Source: Paragordius varius
Taxonomy: Eukaryota; Animalia; Nematomorpha
Length of the DNA: 64,000 nt
Reading direction: 5' to 3'
Assembly: GCA_964247055.1 (NCBI GenBank)
Contig: OZ176058.1
Coordinates: 3,720,001 to 3,784,000 of the forward strand
Below the pieces are notes generated by a model, which did no database searches, was not told where the DNA came from, and worked only from the letters and a program-made list of their open reading frames with translations. Position numbers and translations under genes: made by a program. The stretch's first letter is position 1; every line of letters begins with the position of its first letter. Shown here piece after piece: positions 11,721-23,897 of this stretch.

Positions 11721-14519
11721 GAAATCAATTTTTTATTAAATATAATTATTATTTTATATCAGAATTTTGAAAAAGATAATTAATCAAAAATATAAGATAT
11801 CACAAATATATAGTAATATCTCATTAGCTAAAACCGTACGCATAAGTTCTTAGTTGAACCCAAATATATATTAGAAAGTTAAATGAAAATTCATTTACTA
11901 AATTAGTTTCACCCCTATAGACCAATTTCAATGCTTTCTTAATTAATTTTAATTTACACCTAATATAAAAGATTTATACAAGGAGGGGCGGTGAAGCCCT
12001 TTCTAGAGAATACGAATAAATTATTTAAATAAAATACTTGTTCAAGCAGTTGTTATCTGCTATAATAGAATTATTTCTCATTGTAACAAGAAGATCAAAA
12101 TAATCTTTTTTGATATGTATTTAAGTATGCACATTAATGCTGACAATTTACATTATGTTAGTTAATTGATATAATACTGTTTTCTATTTAATTTTCGTTA
12201 ATCATTATTGGATTTAACAGTTATTACATATAATCAATTCGTCATTTACCATTACAATGGCATATGATATAAAACAAATTTTGTCCTTTTTATCTAAACA
12301 AATGAAATGTTATGCGATAGGCAAAAAAATGTATGATTTCAACCATTTGATGTAGAGTATGCATTTTAATGGTTGCTTAATTCAGTAGTGAATGGAAAAA
12401 TCAACAAATTGTTGAATAAACAATTTCCTTTCTTTTTTCCATACATTCCTGTGTTGCAAATTGCCCTACTATAGTGTGAAATAATCAAATATTAAATTGC
12501 ATACTGTAAATAATGTGCATTAGCCAACAAAATTGTCCATACTCAATATTTCTTTAGTTATGTATATTGTGATATTGGTGCTTACGGTGTAGACTTGGAG
12601 ATGTCATTTGTTCTTCTCAAAAACTTCAGGATTTTTTCCCTCACACTTTACTTTTATGTCAAATTTTAAATTTTGCTAGAAAGACCAATAAATGGTTTTA
12701 TTGGATGGATTCAGTCCTGAAGGTTCACAATACTCCTACTATAAAAATGATGATACATGTACAGTTACAATGGAAACTATACAGACAAAATGCAACCATA
12801 TTTAAACCTTGTTTTATAGCTATAAATCGTTTCATGTTAATAAAGGCAGAGATTATTATTCACTTAATTTTAATTTATTGTAATCAAATTTTTGTGGGGA
12901 AAAGGTTTGTGTTCATAAAAACATATTTGTCTTTATATTTTTACGTTTTGTCCATACAAATTTTATTTTTTACTGTAATTTTTACGTTTTGTCAGTAAAA
13001 TTTTAATTTTAAATATGTATCCTTTTGGTTAACTGTATGATTTAACTTCTATATACATAAGTAAATTGTTATTAGAGAATATTTTACCGGTGTCGCTATT
13101 TTTCGAATGTTATGTTGCCATGGCAAGCAAATATTTTTAGGGAGCCTTTAAATGTAAAATCTCACCAATCCTTATCATAGACTAGCATTAACCCCTGATA
13201 TGAGATGGTAAAACGATGTTTTACGGCTTTCCGTTTAATTAGATTGCGCCACATAGTAGTAATTTTATAAATTTTTGCGAAAAAATTGGTGGTGTTGAAA
13301 ATGAAATTTAGGCTTAGATTTGATTGCTGATATCAAGATCACCGATAAGAAAGTTTTGAGGATAAATAATTACAGGCAATAATGATTGGTATAATAAAAG
13401 CATTAATAGAACACGTTCTAAAGTTGAATATTTGAGTAATTATTATAATTCAATGATAATTGTTGTAAAAATTAAGAATAAATATGTTTACACTTTAACA
13501 ATCATCAAAATTACATATAAGATATATAACCTCATATTATCTATATAAAATAGACACCAATATTTAAAAAAAATTAAAAAATTGAATATAATCACAAAAT
13601 TAAACATAAAAAATAAAGTTTCAAATATTAATAGTCATCTTAAAAATGCAAATAAATATTACTTAACTTTGATTGATTAGTTTAGGGAGGTTGTTCAGCA
13701 TGAGTCCCTAGCGGATTTTTATGTTGGCCTGGAGCTTGAAATACAAATTAAGCTACAATCTACTTTATAAAATCAAAAACATTTAACACTCAAAATATTT
13801 TTTTAAGTTAATAGGTATTATATATATTTTGAGCTAGTGAATAAATGTAACAAATTTAATCTTTTTGGAAAACTATCGATTTATTAACAATATCATTATA
13901 TTTTTTTGTACACGATGTCGTTTTGGGGTAGTTTTTGGCTTAGAGCTCAAATTAATAAATAAAGTACAATTTATAAATTATCTTGGTTAAATCACATATT
14001 CATAATTATATATTTCCTGTTGCATTAGCGATTTAAAAATGAATAAAATGGCGGCGAAAAGGTGTGAGATGAGGTTTTTTTATAATTTCAATTTTTACAT
14101 GCGTCAAAAAGCGTATATTTATAATTTGGCCCAGCAAATATTTTTTATTAATACATAAATTTTAAATGGACCTGGGGTAAAAAACTACCCCACAGGGCCA
14201 GGAAATGTTAAGTTAAAAAGGTGTTGGCAAATTACATGAAGTATGCATATTAGTTTTATTTTTTTAATAAAATATTCATTAATGTCCATGTGATTATACT
14301 TTATAATGCGGACGCCAGGACGTTTGTGTCTGGCACCACCCTGGTTTGAAGCAATCATTAAAGTATTTCAGGAGTTTTTGTAAAAATGAGTTTTTACAGA
14401 AAATACCAATCGTATAGTTTAATAGATTTTATTAAAAATAGCTTTAAAGTTATATGTGGTTTTTTTAGTGAGAAGCCCTACCTAATACCTAATTAAAGAT
14501 AGGCACTGGATTAATTTTA

Positions 14520-14791
14520 CAGTAAAATTTGAAAGTATACGGACCAAACCTAAAAATATAAAGACAAATATTTTTTTCAAATGACAACCATACTCTTTTA
14601 ATTAATTTTCTTTATAAGTTATTTAAATATGATTGTTGTATATAAAATTGATTGTGTTAGCAATATATATCTTTTCACACTTTGAGGCATTAAATAATAA
14701 GTTTTAATCAAAAAAATCAGGATTTATAAAGTATGGTTATTATAAAAAAATATTTCTCTTTATATATTTGTCCGTGTTTAAATTTTAACGG
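14520..14791. mobile_element. Tc1/mariner-like MITE, same family as 2080-2354
   Basis: TA|CAGTAAAA left end, internal aaaatataaagacaaatattttttt...gacaaccatact, and a degenerate right end. Duplicated at 38119-38390. Confidence 0.6.
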
Positions 14792-17787
14792 TACTTTATT
14801 ACAGGGATTACTCAATAATTAATGTTTCCATACAAGATAAAAAAATTTGTTCAAGTCGTAAAAATATTTGTTAAGAAAATAAAACAAGGGCTCTATGGGA
14901 TTAACGAAAATAAAATTATAAATTATTTACTGAATAAATATATCCAAATATACATCACAATAAAAGGTAACCTCAAACAAAAATATATCGATCGAAATAT
15001 ATGAAAATCTATTCATATAATCTATATATATAATGGAAAATATAGATGGAAAGAATATTGTTGATTCATATTAAAATGGCATATAAATACCTAATTGAAC
15101 TGAATGCGTTGTATACGACTAAAAGTTTTAAACCATTAAATAATGTTCAAATATGAAATTTAAAAAACCATTTTGTGTGTTTGACAACTTCCCACAACTT
15201 AATTTTTTTTCACGATAAAAATTTTATTGTGAAATAAAAAAACTGATGTATTTCATATTGGGAACAATATTCAAACTCCAACGATTGTCCGATGAAAGAA
15301 AAACCAAATCTTTTTTAATTTCCGCTAAGAATTGATTAAATTAATTTTCAGTTTCCAGCCTAGCATTATTAACACTCCGATTCAAATAAGCTAAATACTC
15401 CAAATACTCAAGTTTATATTTTTACAAACCACCGAAAGAAACGGTCTCAATTTAAATTTATGCTTCTAAATAAAAATTATATAATTAAGTCGAAATACCA
15501 GAATTTAGTTTTGAAAAATAAATTTCAATCAAACTATTTCGGCGCCATTTTTTACATTATTTGTGCAAAATCTCGTGTTTATTTAAGACTTGGATACAAC
15601 ACATTCATTAAGTTCTTTTATTCAAATTGGGGTAGTTAATTACCCCAAGCCTGTTTAATTAATAAAAACTATAAAAGGAATAGAAACCATGGCAAAATTT
15701 TGCATTTTTATAACTTTAATAAACCGGAATATATAAAAAACTTTTTAAAAAATACTTGACTTATTTTAAGATAAAGGTAAAAATTTAGTCAACTTGACAT
15801 GTGTGCATTGTCTAAATTGAAAAATAATACAAAATAAACCACTTTTTCTATTTATGTTAATGTTAGATGTGATCAAAATAAATTAGCTTTACCTTGAAAA
15901 ATAAATAAACACGATATTTTGCAAATTTGCAAAAAAATGTAGAAGCAGTTTGACAGGGAATTTTAAAAACAAATTAAGATATTTTAGCTTATTTATATAA
16001 TTTTTATTAGAATAGAGGAATAAATCTAAATTAGGATTGTTTTTTAACTTTAATTTAATGTGGGGTAATTAGGTACCTCAAATTGAATCGAAGTGTTAAT
16101 ATTATAGCTAAAATTAAAGTCAAAAAAGTGATTTATTTTGTATTATTTTTAAATGCTAAAACACACATCTCATTATGACAAATGTTTAAACTTTGGATTA
16201 TGTTTGAAATGAATAATATAAAGTATTCTGATTTTTTTTATATTTCATTTTGTTAATGTTATGTAAATGCAAACTTTTGCCAGGGTTTCAATGCATTCTT
16301 GATGTATTGAATTTTAAACAGGCCTGGGTATCTAACGACCCCAATTAGAATCGAAGGTGTTTATCCAAGTGTTAAGTTTTATAACATATTTTGGATTTAA
16401 TATGGCTATTTTTTTCGATAACAAAAATTTAGTAAAAAAATTTATTTTAAATTCTGATAAATTCCTAATTTTTACCATTCTTCAACACTTTTATAACAAT
16501 TTTTTAAAATAAAGGGTTAATTATTAGTCTATTTATATTATTTTATTATGTAAGATTTTCGTTCCTTCCCCACATTTGTCTAAATTAATAAATATGACAG
16601 TTTTTTTACTCTAGTAGAGCTCTCGTTTATTTTTTACAACTTGAACAATTTTTTAAATGTTATTACTAAATAAAAGTAAACAGCTATGTATATCATTAAA
16701 TATTTTAAAATAATTCCTATGCAACATCAAAGTTAAAAAAATATTTGTCTTTTAGCTTGGATGTTTTGTCCGTAAAATTTTCATTTTACTATAACAATAT
16801 GCAAAAAAGAGGGTAATTTTAATTTAACGGAAAATTTTTTTTTTATGAGATAGCTTATGACCAGCGTATTCATTTGGCGCAAAAATTTTTATTTGTTGAC
16901 AACCTAGTTTTTGAAATATTGAGAGAAAATCGAAATCGGGCAAAAAGTGAAAATTAAGGATAATTAAGGATAATTCAAAAAACAATGATAAAATTTGAAA
17001 TATTATCGTTTATTTTCATTTTAAGAGATATTTTCAATATATAAATAACCTAAAATCATATAGTTAGGGTTTCTATAGGGTTAACATTTTCTATTCCCGA
17101 TTTTTTATTAAATTATCAAGTTTCAAAAAGTATTGGCTTTTTTTGGTTTTTATCCAATTTGTCAGTATAAATTAACTGTGATAAATTAAGTTTGTTGAAA
17201 CAATTTCCCTCTGTTAACATGTCATATCTTTTGAGGTGTGATTATATCCCCATGGTCATTTAAAATTTAAATATCTAAAAAAATATTTTCATCATTATGC
17301 CATATATAAAAATATACCTTTTTAACCTTTTTATACGCTTGATGTAAATCTTTTTTAGAAAAAATGTAAAATTGTAAAAAACTTCATCATTTTTTGGAGG
17401 CATCCATCTTTTGCATTAATTTTATTTATTGCGCTGATATAATGGGCAACATGTATAACTACCTCCTTATAAATGTTTTGAATTGCCTTTTTGTTTTATA
17501 TCTCTATTACATGTAACTTTTGCAGCATAAGCTAACCTCAACTGCTTAATATTTTTTTAATGTATAAATAACCGATTCGATGATAATTATTTCTCATATT
17601 ATACATATTGAATTACACTGAGTTATCAAACCTAACTAATACACTAAGGTTATTTGAAATACATTATTTATGCGGAATTATAAAAAATTTTACAATATTC
17701 ATTTATATTTAGTGCGAAAATAGATTTAGGGTTGAGATAAAGAGTAAACAGGTATATTAATAATTTAGTCGGATTCGTAATAATAAA

Positions 17788-19179
17788 TTATTTGATTTCA
17801 TTTAGTGTCGCAAGGGTGGTTTCAACAAGTGGGTACACTTGGTTGATGCTTGCCACATCACAAACTACAAACAAGTATGTTGAATTTGTCTTTCCTATAA
17901 TAATTCCGTTTCCAATGGCTATACCATTTTTAACACTTGAAATTGTGTAACTTTTTCCATCCACTCTAATATTTTTCCCATTGAGGTTTGGATAGCTTTT
18001 CACATCTAACACAATTAATATTTATATATATAATTTCTTTAGATGCTGAAAAATTCCTATATTTTTACAGATTTACTCTCGACGTAATGTCAAACTCACG
18101 GAATTGCTTAAAATTCAAACAAAATGAGGGTAAATCTAATAAAACTTTTGGGTGTTACATTTAAGTAATGTGATCATTACCCTTGATATAAATTTAAAAA
18201 TGATGTTGAAAAAGAGTCCTATATTTGTGTTTTAGTTGTAAGTTATATTATTACCTTCGTTTCGAAAGAGGTTAATATCTATATTATTGAATAAATTGTA
18301 TAATTGTATGCACTTTATCTCTAATTTAATAAATTTATATCTCGAATTCACGTTTATATATATATATATATATATATATACGCGAACGATAACCTTTTGT
18401 TAGATATATATACTTGTATTTTTAAAACCTAACAAAAAAAAATTTCCTTTATGTGTGGTCCTATCTTCCAAATTGTCAAATCCAAATTTACTTTCTTATC
18501 TTAGGGATAGTTCTAAGTTTTATAGTTTCATGTAATAATATTTCATACATGACAATACAACGCGGACAATACCAATAGGTATCGCGCACCTTAACAATCT
18601 TTAGTCATTACGGGCAGGGAGAATAAAGTTTCAAGCAACTCAGGCACAATAGCTTTTTAATAAATAGAGAGAAAGTTTAAAACCTTCTAAATAATATAAT
18701 GCGATGGCTGGTTTTAAGTAATTATCATACAATTATCTTTTATGTGTGTATTCATAAATTATTACAAAATTTTTATCACTTTAATATCAAACCAATTACC
18801 AGTCTCTCAAAAATGATAAAAGCGTTAATTAAAAAATTGTATTATGTATTGTAAACTTGGTAATTTATAAATCAACCTCCAACTATTAGGTTATTTGCTT
18901 CATAGTTATTTTAAAAATGTATTTTTAAGCGAATTTCATATTTTGTGTATTTTAAACCATTCAAAAAAGATATTTACCTTGAATGAAAGCACTTCGAAGT
19001 TCAAGAGACATGGTGGTTCCTGTAGACAACATTGTGTCCGGAGTATCCTGAGAGATTAAACCGTATAATTTTATAGCTGGAACACCTTTTAAGGACTGAT
19101 CCCATGATGTTCCTGATCTTTTCAAAAACTATATATTATAAAGAGTTATATAACTTACGTGTGCGAACGCCCACCACAT
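17788..19179 (-). CDS. Divergent profilin-like protein, copy A (apparently intact, 129 aa)
   Basis: Exons are 19179-19159 (MWWAFAH, tentative), 19128-18978 (FLKRSGTSWDQSLKGVPAIKLYGLISQDTPDTMLSTGTTMSLELRSAFIQ) and 18005-17788. All junctions are GT-AG. The exon 2/3 phase-1 join CAAG|AT GTG gives QDVKS in frame. The C-half pattern NIRVDGKSY...GIIIGKTNSTYLF...VETTLATL resembles the profilin pattern Gi.l.G.KY...Gi.i.KT...li...ve.l..yL, and the N-terminal Trp and length fit. The family call is by eye. Confidence 0.7.
18355..18380. repeat. (TA)13 microsatellite in intron 2 of copy A
   Basis: Direct TA repeat run. The equivalent intron positions in B and C have shorter or no runs. Confidence 0.9.
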
Positions 19180-22100
19180 GATTGATACAAGAATAGAAAA
19201 TTATTATTTTAGAAAATAAATTGTTAGAAACCTTACGATATTTATATTTTGGTGTTCAAGGTAAACCACCGGTTTATAAAACTTTTAAAACCGTTATGGG
19301 ACTAATTAACTTCCTATTTTAAATCCATTAATTTTTACAAGTCAGTGCCTTTTAACATATTTACACGTAAGAGTAAATTAATTATGAGACCTTGTAAAAA
19401 AATAATTCATTATGTTTATAAAATTTTGTCGTCCTTGTCGCAATGTCGTTACGATTAACAAAAATTTTCAACTGATCTAATGCTCAAATATAATATCACA
19501 ATGTATTATAGAGTTATATTCGTACTTTTTTGTAGACTAATCTTAAACCATAAATTTTTGACGATTGAAAATCAGGAAATAAATCAACTTCCAAAAGATT
19601 GTGACAAACCTAAAAAACATATATTAGGCAATATTCATCACATTAAAATTCTTAAATATAAACACTGTATGCAAAAAGAGGGTAATTTTTTTAACCAAAT
19701 TTTTTTTTCCATATTATATATTAGAACCAGAAAATTCATTTACCGCAAAAACTTTTATTTGTTGACGACGACGTAGTTTATGAAATATAAAATTAAAGAA
19801 ATTGGGCAAAAAGTAAAAATAACTAAGATGAAATAAAAATGTAATAATAAAATTTGAGATATTAAGATTTAGTATCATTGTATATTTACAATTTATATAT
19901 AGATTGAAATCGTATAATAAGCTTTTTATCTGATCAGGTCAAAAAATTGTCTCTTTAACATACTTAATATTCAAAAAATATCTAATGGAATTTATGAAAA
20001 ATTTTTTTTATTATTTACTTGCAATAATCAATACAAAAATATTAACATTGATAAATTTTGCAGTAAAAATAACTTTCACAAATAACCTGATGAAATATAT
20101 ATTCTGATAGTTGAATGTATCAAAATTATCTTGTGCTTTTGGTTTACCGTTACGAGTTATTTAAGAAAGTTATTTACATTTTTGTCGTACGTGCTTCATA
20201 TCCAAAAATGATGAGTTTTTTATACCTTTTTTGTAAAATATAATTTTTGGTGAAAGCTAGAGGATTCCTTCCAAAAATTATCTTTTGATTATATTATAAA
20301 CTACATATAAAAAGCAAAACTATGTTTTCAAAATTTTTTAATTTTTATCCCAATTTTTTTGCTCTTCCAAAATAGCTACTTTAAGGAAATAAAAACAACG
20401 GTATAAAGATTCTAAATATAGGGTAAATTTTGATATCAAATGCAGATATTTTTTTTAAAATTTAATTTTCGGCAAATTTTGTCGAAGCGGACTTCAAACT
20501 ATTTTAAGTCATTACGGAAACGGTTAAAGAACGCAAAATAATTTTTTTCCATTAATTCAATGATGCTGAACATTTCAGTCAATAAAGAATTTGCTTAAAA
20601 TATATGCTTTAATATAAATTTTCTGTTCCATTAGGGATTTAAAAAGAAATAAAATGGCGGCGTAAAGCGATGAGAATTTTACAGCTTCATTAAAAAAAAT
20701 TTAATCATGCGGTTAAAAGCGTACATTTAAATTTGTCCCAATGCAAATTTTTTATTCATATTTAAATTTTAAAGGTACCTTGGGTAAAACTACCCCAAAA
20801 GGCCACGAAGCGTTAAGTTAAAAGGTGTTGCCAAATAACATAGGTGAAATATGCATGTACATATGTGTATATATTTCTATAATGGATTTATACGAAATGC
20901 TGCACGTGAAGTAGTTGTGAACCCTGGTTTGAAACAATCATTAAAGTTTTCACGAGATTTTTTAAAAGTGAATTTTTAGAGAATATACTAATCTAGTTTT
21001 TTTTGAAAAATTAGCTTAAAATTTATATATGGGTTTTTTTAGTGATGGGCTTTACCCAACACCTATTAAAGGAATGTATTCGATTATTTTTACCCTAATA
21101 CAGGGATTACTCAATGAAACTATTATTGTTTCCAACAAGTAAAAAGTTTGTTCAAGTCGTAAAAAAATTGTTAAAGAATAGAAAAAAACAAGAGCTCTTT
21201 GAGAGTAACGAAAAATCATATTTATTGAAAAAATTTAAAGTGTGGGGGAAGGGCAACAATATTATTATATTGTAAAATGTCTTTAATTATAATAAAAATA
21301 TACTAGTAAGTAGCAAGTATGCATTTTAATGGTTGCTTGTTTTACACTATAGTAGGCCAATTAGCAAAGCATTATTTATGGGAAAAAGATGGGAAAAATT
21401 GTTTTTGGAAAATGTAAAAAACTAAAATATTAGTTTTTATCTAAATCCATCATAATTTTTTTACCAAATTTTTATTGCTATTTCTTTTTTGAGAAATTAA
21501 TTCCGATGCAATAGCAAATTTTTAAAAAAATATATGTCTTTTAGTTTGGATATATTGTTCGTATAATTTTGATTTTACTATAATTAAGTACATTGTGAAA
21601 AAGGGGGTTATTGTGTATTAAGTGGTTAGATTAAAAATAAAAATTATAAGGATAAAATTAAAAAAATTTAATGTATTTTTTCCAAGTTTAATTTTTAAAA
21701 ACGTTAATTTTTTGCTGAATAATTTTCAAATTACAGTAGAAAACGAAATTAAACAGGCAAAACGTAAAAAGGTTAAGGTTAACAATTAATTTTTATTCCC
21801 CATTTTTTACTAAAATATCAAGTTTCAAAAAGTATGGGATTATTAAAATAATATTTGTTTCTTTTAAGTTTTTTACAATTTTTCAGTTTAAATTAACTGT
21901 GATAAATTGGGTTTGTTGAAACGATTTCACTCTCTTTACACTTCATGATCTTTTGGGGTGTGGTTTTATGCCCCATGGCCATTAGAAATTTAAATATATA
22001 AAAAAATATTTTTATCCTTATGTCATATATAAAAATATGCCTCTTTAACCTTTTTAGGCGCTTGATGTAAAAATTTTAGAAAAAATGTAAAATTGTAAAA

Positions 22101-22526
22101 AAACTTCATCTTTTTTTGGAGTCATCCATCTTTTGCATTAATTTTATTTATTGCGCTGATATAATGGGCAACATGTATAACCACCTCCTTACTAAATGTT
22201 TTAAAATGGCTTTTTCTTGTTTTATACTCTATTACATATACCTTTTGCAGTGGCGTCCATAGGCTAACCTAAGCTGCTTAAGATTTTTTTTAATGTATAA
22301 ATTAAGCGATTCAATGATAACAATTACTCATATTATTATACGTAATGCATTACACTGAATTAAAAAACCTAACTAATACACTAAGTTTATTTGAAATACA
22401 TTATTTATGCGGAATCATTTAGAATTTTCACAATATTCATTAACATTTAGTGCGAAAAGTGATTTCAGGGTTGAGAGCGGAAGTAAACAGGTGAATAAAT
22501 AATTTAGTCGGATTCGTAATAATAGA

Positions 22527-23897
22527 TTATTTGATTTCATTTAGTGTCGCAAGGGTGGTTTCAACAAGTGGGTACACTTGGTTGATGCTTGCCACATCAC
22601 AAACTACAAACAAGTATGTTGAATTTGTCTTTCCTATAATAATTCCGTTTCCAATGGCTATACCATTTTTAACACTTGAAATTGTGTAGCTTTTTCCATC
22701 CACTCTAATATTTTTCCCATTGAGGTTTGGATAGCTTTTCACATCTAACACAATTAATATTTATATATATAATTTCTTTAGATGATAAAATATTCCTATA
22801 TTTTTACAGATTTACTCTCGACTTAATTCAAACTCAGGGAACTTACCAAAATTCAAAAAAAATAAGGGTTAATATAGGGATAACACACCCATAAACCTTG
22901 GGTGTGTGTCACATTTAAGCAATCTGATCATTACACTTGATATAAATTTGACAATGATCTTGAAAAACAATCTCATATTTGTTTAGTATTAAGTTACATT
23001 ATTACGCACGTTTCGAAAGAAGCTAACATCTATATTATTGATTTAACTGTATAATTGTATGCACTTTATCTCTATGTAGTTAATACAATTATATCTTATT
23101 AATGGACGCCTATACGAGAACGATAACCTTTTGTGGTATAATATATATTTTTGAAATATTTTGAATTTCGTATTTTAAAGCCCAACAAAAAATATTTCCA
23201 TTACGTGTGTCCTCTCTTTTAATTTGTCGATTCCAAAAAGACTTTCCTATCGTAGGAATATTTCTAAGTTCTATAGCTTCATGTAATAATTTTTCATACG
23301 CGACAATACAAGGCGGACAATATTATTAGATATAGCGCACCTTAACAATCTTTAGTCATTACGGGCAGAGAGAATAAAATTATTAACCAAAGCAGAATAG
23401 ATTTTTAATAAAAACAATAAAAGGTATTGGCTGGTTATAAGTAATTTTATGAATGTATTCAAAAATTATTACAACAGATTTAATTTTTGACACTTCATTA
23501 TCGAACCTATTACCAGTCCTTCAAATAATGATATAAAAGGGTCATTTATAAAATTGTATTATGCATTGTTAACTAGTTAATATATAAATCAACCTCCAAC
23601 TATTAGGTTATTTGCCCAAGAGTTAAATTTTTTAAATGTAAGTATTAAGCGAATTTCAGATTTTGTGTATATTCAACCATTCAAAAAATATACTTACTTG
23701 AATGAAAGCACTTCTAAGTTCAAGAGACATGGTGGTTCCTGTGGACAATAATGAGTCCGGAGTATCCTGAGAGATTAAACCGTATAATTTTATAGCTGGA
23801 ACACCTTTTAAGGACTGATCCCATGGTGTTCCTGATCTTCGCATCAATATCTACATGTTATATAAAGTTTATAACTTACATATAAGTGCGCCCACAT
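22527..23897 (-). CDS. Profilin-like protein, copy B (coding status uncertain: shifted donor)
   Basis: Exons are 23897-23880 (MWAHLY), 23850-23698 (stop-free) and 22744-22527 (one synonymous difference from A). The best donor CAA|GTAAGT is phase 0 and gives CAA ATG TGA (stop). A donor 4 nt further (GTAA|GTATAT) restores the frame (QVNVKS). Confidence 0.5.

Larger units (their letters stand above)
9303..20620 (+). repeat. Segmental duplication unit 1 (paralogous to ~32053-44150)
   Basis: Collinear throughout. 9303-12500 vs 32053-35170 is clearly diverged. 12850-14900 and 16300-18020 are near-identical to their paralogs, and 15000-16300 is intermediate. Confidence 0.9.

Noticed and set aside
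12560-12740. GC-richer stretch (also ~35220-35350) and 13680-13760 as exons
   Set aside because: No recognisable motif or consistent splice and frame structure could be built, and the paralogs differ by indels.
17788-18012. The 74-aa ORFs (also 22527-22751 and 41394-41618) as stand-alone genes
   Set aside because: Their 'start' is GTG in the acceptor region (tgtgttag|). They are terminal exons of a spliced gene.
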